Of a DNA stretch of 64,000 bases, positions 19,791-35,516 are shown piece after piece. Positions within the stretch are counted from its first letter, which is position 1. Each line of letters begins with the position of its first letter. Under the pieces are notes generated by a model, which was not told the origin of the DNA, searched no databases, and saw only the letters and a list, made by a program, of their open reading frames with translations. The position numbers were made by a program, and so were the translations under genes. This stretch comes from the human T2T-CHM13v2.0 reference genome, Homo sapiens. Where the stretch lies: assembly GCF_009914755.1 (NCBI RefSeq), contig NC_060935.1; one strand, written 5' to 3'.

Positions 19791-22700
19791 AATCTTGATT
19801 CATCTGAATCTCCCCCTCTCACATTCTTTTCCTTTAAAGTCAAATGGACAAAATTTAAAAATATACTACGTCTTTCTCCCTCTTTATGTTTTCTTCTTTG
19901 GACATTATATAAATGATTATCAAGGGATATGGTCAGTGGGACTTCTATGAACTAAAAGCACCACAATATTTTCAAAGCTAAGTCATAAATATTTACTTGA
20001 ATTCAATTCGCATTATTGTGTTACATAAATTAGATTTGATTTCGTGTTCTCCAAGTCCATCCAATTATCCATCCATTTGGCAGCCAAATCCTCTTATTGG
20101 TGCATACATACATGAGTATCTTCTCACAAGAACACAGTTAGAAGCAAGTCCTTTTGTCTGCACAGAACCCACCACCCTTTCCCAATGCACGCCCTTGTGT
20201 GCACCAGGCCACCACAGAAGGAATCCCATGAATGTTAGGCAGTTATCACCATGTTCATTCTAAACTCTAGCCCTGGTAAATGTCTTAGGCTTAAACTGAA
20301 ACTGCTTAAGGAGAAGGAAGAAAAAAAGCCTTTGGGAGCAGAGGTCAAAAGTCAAGGACAGTGTCAGTAGAATGCATCTAAGGAAAATTGCAGGAACAAG
20401 TGTGGACCATGAGTCCACTAACCGCATCCCTGTTTGTCTTTTTATATCTACAACTGTGCTTTGATTCTCAAGGGCAGGGATTTATCCCCAATTGTCATAC
20501 GCTGAGCCCAGGATACTGTGGGAACTAAATAAATGCCAAATAATCACTGTGCATAATTTATTGCTGTTTTTTTCTTCCTTTGTAAAGACATGTCATAACT
20601 TTAGCTATAATCAATCCAGATTTAAATTGAATGAACTCTGTCTTGGGAAAGGAACCATTTTATTGCTGCTAAAGCCCTGAAAATAACTGCAAGCAAAGCA
20701 GAAAGGATTACATAAATGGATTAAGAAGTGCAGCAATCATCCATTACAAGTGTCACCTTGAGATAAATACTGATGCTGGCCTGTGCATTCCTGGGCTTGT
20801 GAACAGGGCTGATGCAGAGGGCCAAATCTGCTGCTTGTGATAATGGGAAGATATTTGTCTAACACGGAGGACTAAAGAGGTACAATTAGCAGGAAGGGAT
20901 CGTGATGTGTGAGAAGGCAGAGAGGGACAGGACGCAAGCGGCAACACTGAGTCTCTGCTTTCGTTCAGCCCTCTGCTGAACTATGTCATAACCTTACAGA
21001 TATGACTACATTTAGTTGTTCCCCACCCATTTCAAGTGAGTATTATTTGCTAAGAGTTAACAGTAAATGGTAAAACTGGAATTGAAGCCTTTCCCCCTTT
21101 TGCTCCATAGTCTCTGTCACTTTAAGCAGAATAGAGGGATGGTCAGTAAGCCATTAGTTGAAGGAAGAAGACCAGTGTTATGAGGGCTGTACTGGACTTT
21201 CCTGTCTGATGTTGAACCAGGGTTGGGTGGTGAATGGCCACATCCTTATCTTCAGAAGACACCCAAGCCAAAGTACAGCATGCCTTCCCTATAGGAATTC
21301 CAATAAACTCCAAAGTGCCCTCCACAAACCAGGAGAAGGCATGTAAGCCTCATTCTATTTGAAACCAAACTCCTCACATTGTATAACTCTTTGACTAGCA
21401 TTGGTTACTTTCATTTCTTACTCACCATGAGGAGATTCACAATTCTGTCAGTTTTATGCATCAATTCACTAATGTCACTAAGAACTGTGACCCAGTGTGA
21501 CTGCTGTAGAATCCACCTGCCCTACATATCAGGCGATTGAAATCACCGAGGCACTCAATTTAGAATTAGAACTGAAAGGTTGTTCTGACTGGATGCAAAT
21601 AACTTCAAAGCGTGATTGCAGACTTTCTGCAGGGGATATTGAGTTTCCAGTCAAAGAAGACTGATAAGCCAGTGCAGCAGAGCAGGGAGCCAGACAGAGG
21701 CTGAGCAGCAATTAAGGTTTCTGGTGCTTGGGTTAGAAGGAGAATTCTAGAGTGAGACTTCTGGGAGGGAGACAGGCCAAGTGGTGTCAACCGAGAGAGA
21801 GGGGCTGCCCTTTCTGTTCCTGCATCAGTCTCCATAGCTGAACATTCAGAGCATCAAGGGTGTTCCAAATTTAATTCAAGGGCCCGCTAATTTCAACTAA
21901 CGTCCCTTATTTCATCCCAGTCTACATCATGGAATAATCCCTCTTTTTCTGTCATTCTGAATTTTAGTTTTGCTTTATCAAAGCTCTTTGACATCAATTA
22001 AGTTTTTTGGGCCTCATACAGGCAGTTTTCTGGAAAGGCTGGGAAGGCTCCCCTGTCCTCAAAAACTTCCTTTGGACATACTGGTAAAGTGTGGGGTGCT
22101 GCACAGTGCACAGGGGTGCACTTTTCCTTCTGCAGCCCTGCCTCTAGGTGCAGCCTAATCACAGAGGTGCTTTGAGATGTAATAAGAATGCTGGGATCTG
22201 AGCTCTAGAATGGGGATGTGAATGCACACCCTTTTATAGTTTCTAATATTAGGTGTGGGAGGAAGGAGAGTCAACCTGTTCTTTTTGATCCTGGCCATCT
22301 AGACTACTAAGTGCTGTGTTCATCATGAGTGCATGAAATACTCATAAATGCTATGAATTACATACAATCATTACTCTTACTTTTGCAGTTGAGGAAACTG
22401 AGCCTTTCAAAAGTTAAGAAAAAAAAAAAAAACTTGTCCACAGCCATACAACCAGTCAGTGGTAGAGCCAGAGTTTGAATCCAGGCCTCTTCATGCCTTT
22501 TGTACATTATGAGCCCAGTGTAAAGATTTGAAGGAGGGTTCAGAGAGCAGCTTCCACAAGCGATGCTGAAGTCTTCCCACCAGAGGACCACTTGCTGTGC
22601 AAATGACCTGGCTTCCTAGGTGCACCCATAGGCACTAACCTGTCATTTTCACAATGTCATTAATACACATACCCAAGCACGAGCAGCTGTGTATCCTCAT

Positions 22701-23441
22701 CCACCTATTCAGTTCTGACTAATAAACCAGGCAGCTATTCAGAGTCTACTTTTGTCTTTGGTATTGTGATAAAACATTTCGTCCTTTTATCTGAACCGAG
22801 TGGACTTTGGCCAATGCACACTCTTCCTTTTGTCCTCATTTCTCCTTGAACCCTTTCTTGCCTCATCTAGGAGCTGAATGGATTGATAGCAATGATTTGT
22901 CCTCAGTGGGAACAAATGCCAGGATCCTAAAGATTCTAGTTTCTGTAGGACAGATAAAACCAATATAATATTTCACATACTTGGCAAGCACAACATGGGT
23001 GGTGATCAGCTTAAGATAAAAATTTAAAAATCTATTCCTTATTAAAGTGAAACATATTTATTATTTTATACAAGTTACTTGTTCTGGTGGACAGAAGTCC
23101 AAAATGTGCCTTACTGGGTCAAAATCAAGGTATGTAAAGGTAAGTCTGTTTTTGTGAATACAAAAATTCATTATGAAACAAAATAATCTCCTCACTTTGA
23201 ACATGGGAAAGCACCTTTGTTCTCCACATGCACAATAATTTACTGCTTGTTTTGGTCAACAAGAGGATGGTTTCCTTGAGTCAGTCTCTAAACATTAAGT
23301 TATCAGTTGGCTTTCACTGTGCTGGCCATTCATCAATCTTTATTCTGATAGTAGAATCACATGCTTTTTTCTCTTGATCATCCACAGACTGTCAGAGAAT
23401 CCAATTAAACTGCTGCATGTCCTTGAAGACAGTCAGTAATC

Positions 23442-23660
23442 TTTTTCTTTTCTTTTCTTTTCTTTTTTTGAGACAGAGTCTTGCTCTGCTGCCCAGGCTG
23501 GAGTGCAGTGGCATGATTTCAGCTCACCATAACTTCCGCCTCCCAGGTTTAAGCAATTCTCCCGCCTCAGCCTTCTGAGTAGCTGGGACTACAGGTGTGT
23601 GCCACATGCCCAGCTAATTTTTGTATTTTCATTAGAGATAGAGTTTCACCATGTTGGCAC
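23442..23660 (-). mobile_element. 5'-truncated AluS
   Basis: Right arm plus part of the left arm only; TSD CAGTAATC (23434-23441, 23661-23668). Confidence 0.88.
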
Positions 23661-24018
23661 CAGTAATCATTTTATTGTTGTTACAAGGTCTAGCCTTTAT
23701 AATGCTAAAGTTCTTTATAAACTCTTAGCAGGCATGCAGCAGCAGCCTACATACTAGTGCATATTTACCACATGGTGATGGCATGTGGAGAATGAGCACT
23801 CAAAGTAGGGCCATGATGTTTTTGAAAACCATGCTCTTGTTCTTCTGTTTTGCTTTCTCTGGCATCTCAGCTTGCTATATTATTTTAATCTTCTAGAGCT
23901 CAAGTCAAAAGGCATATTCACTCTACATCTCCTATGACTCCTTCTCTATGTACTCACCACACTTTTTCTGCCCTCTATTATAGCATTTACTTCATAGACC
24001 TTGTTTTGTTTTCTTTGC

Positions 24019-24374
24019 AGATAGTCCAACTTACAATGGTTCAACATGATTTTTTGTTTTTTTACTTTTTGATGGTGCTTTCAGCTGTGTATGTTAATGG
24101 TGAGCACCCATAAAACCATTCTGTTTTTCACTTTCAGTAAAGTATTCAATAAATTATATGAGCTATTAAACCTCTATTATAAAATAGGCTTTGTGGTAGA
24201 TAATACTGACCAACTATAGGCTGATATATGCGTTCTGAACATGTTTAAGGTAGGCTAGGCTTAGCTACGAAGTTCAGTAGGCTATGTGTATTGAATGTGG
24301 TTTGACTTAACTATATTTTCCAATTACAATGTGTTTATTGGGATGTAAACCCATCAAAAGTTAAGAAGCATCCA
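24019..24374. mobile_element. MER47A-like Tigger MITE
   Basis: Characteristic TTTAAGGTAGGCTAGGCT.AGCTA and GTATTCAATAAATTA.ATGAG motifs with Tigger-type termini. Confidence 0.7.
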
Positions 24375-26347
24375 TATTCAGGTGCTTCTCTTCTATTGAA
24401 CTAAAAAAGTTGTTGGAGGTAGAGAGCTAATCATCTTTTTATCCCTTCTCTTCTAGTACTTTGTCCCTAATGTAAGGACCAAATGCAGCTCATTCAAGCT
24501 CACTTCTAAAACCATTTGACTTCAACGATTAGGAGCAAGGTGCTGCTGAAGGAAGCACAACATCGTCTTTGTGCCAGATTCCCTTTGCAAGAAATAGACA
24601 CTCAATAATTACTACCTGAATGAATCAGATAAACCATGGATTTTTTCAGTTTAATTTTTTATCACAAAGGTGAAACAATTCCAACTATCTTTCAGGAATG
24701 CATAGAGTATTATTAATACTTTATATGTTGAATGTTTGGATCTTATCTCAAGACTAGTCTAGGATGTGGTGTAGTGCGAAAGTGTTAGGTTAGAATTAAG
24801 AAACTAGGATTTAGAACCATCTCTGCCAAGGATGAACCAAGATGCATGAGATGACTGGCACCAAGATCTGTGAAATATAGGAGTGGCACACATGGTAGAG
24901 CATGGTCTTGAGAAGACTGGTTCTCAGATGCAAACATCAAGGTGCTAAGGAACATTGCCTTTGTCAAATGGGAGACAGTGCCATAATCTGTTATGAAAAG
25001 TGCTAAACATTTCCCTTTAATGTTGCAGCACCAGGTTTATGATGCTTTGGGGTGGGGTGGGAGGTGAGGGGACTATAGGAATAATTGTATTATTTTTGTT
25101 AAACAACCAGGGGCTCTCAGCCTTTCTCAAGGTTCATAAATTCACCAGGAGTCTTCATCCTTATGAATATTACAACCTCACTGTGATTTTCAGAATCCCT
25201 CTTCTATAAATCAGCACATAATTATGAAAACTGTTTTCACATTTCAATCCCAATGCAGAAGTGCAAATAAATCTGGAAAGGACAATTATTTTATAAGTTT
25301 TAATGAGGGACTATCAGGATACTTTAACTTAAAATTATGAAAGACACTGAATTTTGTGACTCCACATGTGGGTTTAACATCTAAAGAATAAAAACATTTA
25401 CCACTTGTTTTTACACAAATTAACCTAAATCACAGCAAAAGATTCTTAATCAGACAATTCCTGATTTTCAAGGTTTAGAAGCATTGTGAAGCAACGAGTG
25501 AATGCAAACTTACTGAGCAACTACTATGTATCCAGCACTTTGTGAGATGCTTTCACAAAATCAAATTTCATTTAATTCTCACAGCAAACCCTCATCTTAG
25601 ATATTACAATTCCCATTGGATGGATGTAGAAACTGAGTTGCAGAGGACTTAAGTGACTTGCCTAAAGCCACTGGACGTAAGTAGATATTCAGCACATATG
25701 TACTGGAAAATCAATGGATGACTGAATGAATATCTGGAAGGCACTGAATTAGCCATGAAAGCAGTAACACCATCATAAAGCCATTCTCTGAACCCTGGGA
25801 ATTCATGACCTGGGGTGATGTATAAAGCATATCTATGAAATGAAAAATTTTTTAAAAAACAAGTTAGGAGATGAAGGTCTTAAAATTTCTTGTTCTCATT
25901 TACTAGACTATGAATCCCTGAGCTTTAAACACCATTGAGTTGCTCACAGCATGAGCTTTGCAGCCAACAAGGCCAAGTTCATGTCATGATTCTCTATTTT
26001 CTAGCTCTCACAGAAACTTTCTGAATTTTTTTCTTTTACTATGCAAAATGGGAATCACAGTAGCTCCTGCCAAGGAACTTGTTAAGATTAAATGAGTTTT
26101 GAGTGTTTGAAGCACAGGTCTAAATCCTACCTCTCAGTAGGTATGCCCACATTATTACTGAAGTGAGTAACACAGATCAAAGAAGGAAGTTTAAATCAGA
26201 AGCACCTAAAACTAGAAGGAGCTGAGATTCTGTAATTGGTGATTACTAAGGAATAGAAGGCCATGCCCACCTTGAACTAAATACAAAAAGCCAATGATCA
26301 GGTGTCTTCAGTTTGATTACATCAGACGTAACACTATCCTTTGCAAG

Positions 26348-26736
26348 TGTATTAGTCCATTCTCATACTGAGATAAAGAAACACCCAAGACTGGGTAGTT
26401 TATAAAGAAAAGAGGTTTAATGGTCTCACAGTTATGCATTGCCTGGGAGGCCTAAGGAAACTTACAATCATGGCAGAAGGCGAAGGAGAAGCAAAGGCAC
26501 GTCTTACATGGTGGCAGGAGGGAGAGCATGTGTGCAAGTGTAGGGGAACTGCCCTTTATAAAATCATCAGATCTTGTGCCACTCACTCACTATCACAAGA
26601 ATAGCATGGGGAAAACCATCCCCATGATTCAATTATCTCCATCTTGTTTCTCCCTTGACATGTGGGGATTATGGGGATTATGGGGATTGCAATTCAAGAT
26701 GAGATTTGGGTGGGGACACAATGCATAACTATATTA
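26348..26736 (-). mobile_element. MaLR solo LTR (THE1/MST family)
   Basis: TGTATTAGTCCATTCTCA...GAGATTTGGGTGGGGACACA; 5-bp TSD GCAAG (26343-26347, 26737-26741). Confidence 0.9.
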
Positions 26737-28671
26737 GCAAGTAAAGACACTCAGTGAGTTGGATCTCTCAGCACCAGCAGGGCCTACAAGCATATATGCT
26801 CTAGGAGCAGTGTAGTGTCTCCTTAAGTCTAGTGGGGCATAAAGGAAAACAATCCCATAATAATTTTCCAATGCTTCACAGAAAAAAATTAGCACAGCAA
26901 ACACAAGGAACACACATTTCTCTTTAACAAGAGTAATTGCAGTGGAAAATGCACATTTGTTCATCCGACGCTAAAAGTTACCTATGGCTTTCCACTGTCA
27001 ACTGGATTTTTCCTATTGATTTGCATTTGAATGACATGCCTAGATGAGGGGAATAACTTTGATAATGAGGGTGGGGTTAGGATATCCACAAAGACGGACA
27101 ACTGCGTCTAGGATGAAAGCAGAGGTGGCACAGGCACCAGGAGGAAAAACAACTGAAAGTTGTCCCACTGCTGAGATTTTCTTAAAATATTTCATGTGTG
27201 TGCCCTCATAGACACACACAATATGATAAACAACAATATGGTTTTTATGAATGCTTGCTGGCAAACAGAGTAAGTGAGGCAGCTAGATACTTACAAATCA
27301 TATGAGTCATAAACAGTGGCAAAAGTCTCTAAAAGAAAAGCTTAGCAGAAAAAACATCCAATAAGCAAAATAGTGTCAGAAAATTTCTGGATAAATAGTA
27401 TCAGAAAAGTTTAGTACTTGGAGATAATTTTGAAAACTTTTAATGAGTACACTGATTATACAGATAATTAAATATGACAATATTTGCCAAATACTATCTG
27501 TGAGGCTCTCCAGATTACTGATGGTTATCTTAGAGCCTTATAGGGAAGACAGCAGAGCAATTAATAGAAATATCTTGGTTCTGTGCAGAGTTTTGCAAGC
27601 AATTCAAATAATAACAGTAGCTATCATTTATTGAGGGTGTTAGATACTCTTTCATTACCTAATCCTAACACAAATTTGCAAAGTGCTTATAATTAGAGCC
27701 ATTTTACAAAGAGAAGAAAATAGAGAATCAGGGGTCTGTAAGTGACTTCTCCAAGGCCACTGCTACTGATTTTAGGATTTGAGTTAGAATTTTATTACAA
27801 GTTAGTTTGACTCTCAAGTCCATGCTCTTTCCATTGCAACGTCCTTCTTTCTTTTGCTCTATTTCTATTAAATTTATGCCAAACAATTTTAATATTGATA
27901 AATAAAACTTTCACTTGGTAAAGGTACCAAATATACCACATGGTTCAGGAAACTCAATGAAGCTAACCATCTTTCAATAATAGAAACTATTATTAACAAT
28001 AATGTAATATTAATAAGCAACACAAGTTATTATTAATGTCTATTATCTACTGATGTCACCAGTACCTCCTTAATTTACAGAGATGTAGTTACAGATATCT
28101 GAAGACTGACTGATCTGACTCATCACTGGTGTCGGCCAACAGCTTTTGGCAAATTCTTAACCCAAGTATCAAATAGGCAGACAGAGAAAATTGCAAGCAC
28201 TCAGTTTCTAAAATATGTTCATATGTTAATGCTCTCTGAATAATTTCCTACATTTGAAATCATTTTTGAAAAATCAAAACTTGTGTCCTCCTGTTTAGCA
28301 TGCAGTGGCATGACAAAGAAACAGCAATAAATGATAAAATTTTTTTAAAGAACCTATTCTGACTTAAGAGAACTCAGAACGAATGAAAACATACTGATAT
28401 AAAACATTTATTTCATTTATTTCTCAGTTTCTTATGCTAGTTATTTACCTGTAAATAATTTGCAAATTAGAGTCAAATGTTTTAGATTTTAGAGGAAAAT
28501 GTCATGGAGAAAATAATAGAATTGGTATTAGATCCTTGGAAATGGGTTGGTAACTGTTCCACAGTTGTAACATCTAACCATTTAGAGTCTGTAAAAATCA
28601 CATATTTCAAACGTCATCATTTGGAACTAATTTAGTATCAAGATGTTTACTGCACTCAATATTAAAATACT

Positions 28672-28988
28672 GTTTTTTTGTTTGTTTGTTTTTTGTTTTT
28701 TTTTTTTAAAGCAGGGTCTTCACTCTGTTGACCAGGCTGGAGTGCAGTGGTGCAGTCACAGCCCATGGTAGCCTTGAACTACCCGGGCTCAAGTGATCCT
28801 CCCACCTCAGCCTCCTGAGTAGCTGGAACTACAGGTATATGCTTCACGCGTGGCTAACTTTTGTATTTTTTGTAGAGACAGGTTCTCACCATGTTGCCCA
28901 GGCTGGTCTCTCACTCCTGGGCTCAAGCGATCTGCCTACCTCGGCCTCCCAAAGTGTTGGGATCACAGCAGTGAGCCACTGTGTCGAG
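28672..28988 (-). mobile_element. AluJ
   Basis: Diverged reverse Alu with GGGCTCAAG J-type arms and a (TTTG)n tail. Confidence 0.85.
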
Positions 28989-29396
28989 TCTAAAACACTT
29001 TTTAAAAGAGGAGTGGATTTGAATTTTAGCATGTGTATCTAAAAATGATTACTTTTTGGAGAACAATATATTTTAATTATTAATTTAAAACTATTAATTT
29101 GGAACACCCCAATAATTTTGTTCATATTTTAATCAAAACACAAGCTTTGAAAACAGGTTTCCCTCCTTGCCATTATGTCCTGGATTTTTCTTTGGTGAAC
29201 ACACTATCATTCTAGAAAGTCAAGTTCTCCTGGAATAAGAAAAAGAACAGATCTTACTTATATTGTTTATCTCCATAAATCACCTCTCTGTTAATGTCCA
29301 GTCAGGGCTGATCATTTCTTAATTTAGAAATGTTGAATTTTATGCTATGAACTTGAATAAATATACATTGTCCTTAAATTCATAGGTATATGTTTT

Positions 29397-31474
<2,078 letters not shown>

Positions 31475-32959
31475 TTAAACTGCAGTGGTAATGCAGCAAT
31501 TTAAGGAGTATTTATGTAGCTTACAGAAAGAACACCCATATAATTTCACTTAATTTTATGCACACTTCCGATACTCATTATTAGTATATCTACCATAAAA
31601 AGTAAATGCAATTTGAACTTAAAATACTGATTTTTAAAAAATTAACTTCTGGGCAGCTTTGAGGTTAAAAGCATGAGGCTGAAACTACTGGCAAAAATTA
31701 GGTTTGAAACTACAGTTATCTACAGATTTCAATTATATACGCTACCCTTTTCTCCATTACCCCCTAGGAAACTGAAAGTTGAATATATTAACTTGTTATA
31801 TTATCTTCACTCCAGAAGCTTTTACAGACAAGTTTGAGCTTATCTATTACTTGTGAATTTTAAAAATGTAGACATTATTGCGTTGACATCCTGGTTTCAA
31901 TACTTGGTAATTTTATCTGTTTCCTCTCTCTCTCTTTCCTCACCAAAACTTTACTGTTCTTTTGCATTCGCCATTTTCAACTCTTCTTGAAGAGAACAAA
32001 AAGCTCACTTACCACCTCACCTCCCTTCTACTAAATAAAAAGAAGCAAAACACATCATTTAATTGTAAAATATGAACCTTCATATTTTAAATATTCCTGA
32101 TTCATTATAAGTTCTTTACTCAGTGTGTCTGCATTCTATTTCAGAGTTCATAAAACTCTGTGTTTTGTATATTCACATTCAAATGTCATCTTAGAATCCT
32201 GCTCTTTGCAATCATGAAAAATACCACTTTCCATCTGTCTGGACAAATCAGAAGAATGGATGCTCAAAAGATATTCATAAATGATGAGCTTGCTTCTGCA
32301 CAACATCATTAAGAAATTATTATACTGATAGAAGGAGACTTTTTGGAGATCCTGAAAAGGCAAAGTTTTATTTGACACCTAATGGACTTCCATTATCCAT
32401 CGCTATTTTCCTGTTTTCACTGTTTATTCACTGCTCCCCTCCTCATACATTGGCATACAAGCCATGAATTTGTATTTTTAAGTTCTCAAAGCAGAAAATA
32501 CCAGCTGAAATATTAAACCTGACTTCCCTTGTTTTTGTGATACATGCAGGTGATTCAGCATCAATGGAATGATAAATAATTAAATCAGCACATTTATACA
32601 AGAGCAGAGACAGTGGTGACTTGCCAGGGTTAAATTAAATGGTACAAAAATGCCTTAGGGCCATTTTAAACAAGAGATTAAGAAATGCAACCTAAGCCAG
32701 CAGGGGAGAGAGACGATGTTTACTTTGTCACAAACATCAAGTAGTATGTCACCTTGAATGCTCTTGCAAGGTTATTTCGGTAACCAAAGACATTTTTAAT
32801 AAAGCTACCCTCTCCAGTCTATGGGGTGGTTTCTATAAACTTTAGAAATAGGCTAACACTGGATTAGTAATATATTCCATCCCACAAACATTAATTGAGC
32901 ATCTAAAATATGTCAGAGACTGTTCCAAGTACTGCAGATACAGGATGAACAATCTCTAA

Positions 32960-33145
32960 AGTAGTGTTTCTTGACACTGGCTGTCTCTAAGGATCACTCT
33001 CCTAGGAACCATAAATAATATCAATATATATCCCAGTCTCACCCCATTGAGATTCTGAGTCAATGTATCTGGGGTGGGACTAGGCATCTGAAGTTTTTCA
33101 AAGCTCCCTCAGGTATTAAATATTCAGCCAGAGTGGAGAACCATA
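32960..33145. mobile_element. MER5A-like hAT MITE
   Basis: GAGATTCTGA..TCTGGGGTGGG..AAGCTCCC..CAGGT..CAGCCA..GAGAACCA motifs. Confidence 0.6.
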
Positions 33146-35027
33146 GGAGGTGCTGGGATCCCAGATCCTCTTAGAGGAAACACAACAGTACAATAACAGT
33201 GCAGCAGTAGGACATACAAAATGAGGTGGTGTCTTAAGTGCTCCTAACTTTACCAGGTTAGGGGGTGGGTAGACATCACAGGGACTACATCACAGAATAA
33301 GGGACAAGGTAGGCTTCACCAAGGAAGTAATGCAAACATATTTCAGAATTCTAAGTCATTATAGCTAGCTAACAATTTTTGAACACGTATCAAGTGTCAG
33401 GTGCTCTTGATGGCACCAGAAGCAGTCCCCAGAAGTAGGTGTTATTGCAAACACATTGCCAATAAGAAAACTGAGATCAGGGTGCCTGCTAAAAAAAAAA
33501 ATCACAAAACTTGTAAGTGGCAGGGTTAGAATTTGAATCCAGGCCTCCTGCCTCCAACTCAACACAATTTCTAGGGGGAAAAAAAGTAATGGATTTAGGT
33601 GATTTCAAAATTTTAATATTTCCAGAAAAAAAGATGCCAAGAAGGGCTGTCCCTTGAATTGCTGAAGACAGAGTCAGCTTTTATTGCTCGTTTGTCCAAT
33701 ACTATTTTTATATAAAATTTCCTCTGGGGTTTTCAAAATATGTGCATATTTTACTTTCTTTTAAGTTGACCTAGTAGAGATCCAAACACAGCAATGTCTT
33801 ACAGAAAAGCAATTTTTTCTTTAAATTGAATCCAATCTGTGCCCTGGAGAGATTCAGGGCTATAGTGATCTGCACATGGCATATCTCCATAACACCAGGG
33901 CCACCAGTGACTTTCTTGTCCCCCTCTTAGCTAAGCCATAAGCAGAAGGCCCAGGCAGGAGTTAACTAATTAGTCATTTTGTCCCAAATGTTATAAATGG
34001 TTGTGCTAAAGCAGCCCAGGTTCACAGCTCTTAAAAGTATTCTTAATATTTCAAAGTGCAGGAAACAAGCTGTATCTTGGTGAAATACCTTTATATCTAC
34101 AATGCAAACCAGCCTTTCGAGACCTTTTAGGGAACATTTCAATTATAACAAACCTTATCAAATAAGGAAAGGACATAACAGACTAGAAGTAACTGTTTTA
34201 TTCAATAAGAGGCAACTATATTTCATATCTTTATTAATTGGAGTTTTACATGCCAATAAACATTCTCATCCTAAGATCATATCACTCAGATGTAAGACCT
34301 GGATATTTATTTTTTTAGTTTAAGCATTGTTTTAACTCATGATGTTCTCTCTGCCTTAATGTTCCTCTCGGTTCTCCCCTTATTGTACTTTCCTGAAGTT
34401 TCTAATTGAATATGTGCTCTCACACATCTCCAAACTATTCCAGACCTTCTTTTCCTCTGCCTTGAGACGTTTATATCTCGAGCACATAAACCACCCAGGC
34501 ACCAAGCAGATATCAGATCTAGAAGGTAGAATTGAAATTTTCCAACAAAGTTTTGGCTGTTGCTTTAACAGGGTTCTCTCCTGCCAACACTGACATCCCT
34601 GGACTAAACCAATCTTCACACCTATCAGAGAGGCAAAACTATCAATTACACAAGCACTGTTCTTGTAGGCAAGAGACCAGGATCCTCATTCTTCTTCATT
34701 GCTAACTAACCACACAGACATTGGCAAATTACTTACTTCCTCTGACTTGTCTGTCTCCACTGTAAAATTGGGGCTAATAATGCCTTGCTTGCCAAAAAAT
34801 AAGAAGCTGGTTCAGATAATTTTTATAAGATCTCATCCAGCTCCAAACTATGACCTATATATCTTTCACGGGACCAAACCCTTCTTAGTCTGATGCAAAA
34901 AAAACACAGTTTGGGCAAAATGCAGAACTTCATTTGAAAGTGCTGTGAAACATGACAATGGACTGATAGTAACCACCTGATCTAAGTGAGTTAAATATAT
35001 TGTACTGCTAATCCTTACTCATTATTA

Positions 35028-35263
35028 CAGGTTATGTCCCTAGTCCAAAAATCTAAACTCTGAAATGATCCAAAATCCAAAACTTTTTGAGCACCAACAT
35101 GATTCTCAAAGGGAATGCTCACTGGAACATTTTGGAGTTCAGATTTTTGGATTAGGGATACTGAGCCAGCAAGTATAAATGTAAATGTTCCAAAATCCAA
35201 AAAGCATCCAAAATCCAAAAGACTTCTGGTTTCAAATACTTTGGATAAGGGATACTCAGCTTG
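35028..35263. mobile_element. Tigger4a (MER46A) MITE, 54 bp downstream of the exon 5 donor
   Basis: TA-CAGGTT...GGATAAGGGATACTCAGCTTG-TA termini with repeated AAATCC.AAA motifs. Confidence 0.8.
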
Positions 35264-35317
35264 TACTGTTAAGATTTCTATGTGCTTATGAAGAATGTAC
35301 AAGTGTCTGTCTCTTAC

Positions 35318-35516
35318 CTTTTGACTTCCGGTCATGGTATGACCTGCCTCGATACCGAGGGGTGTCCAGATACATATTCTCAAGATCTTCTTGCCATGAC
35401 TCTGGATTGAAGTACTTGAGCAGATCTTCCACTGTATCAAATTCTGCAATTTTTTTGTCCAGAGCATCCGCAATCAGAGTGGGATCCGTTACTGATGGAG
35501 AGTTATAGGATACCCC
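35318..35516 (-). CDS. PDGFD: PDGFD exon 5, hinge region with the activating cleavage site
   Basis: Acceptor ctcttag|GGG, donor AAG|gtaaga; 199 nt; GVSYNSPSVTDPTLIADALDKKIAEFDTVEDLLKYFNPESWQEDLENMYLDTPRYRGRSYHDRKSK(V). RYRGRS is the known uPA/matriptase processing region. Confidence 0.98.

Noticed and set aside
35015-35508. 152-aa and 107-aa ORFs overlapping exon 5
   Set aside because: Alternative-frame and antisense shadows of the PDGFD exon running into the Tigger4a MITE; no independent support.
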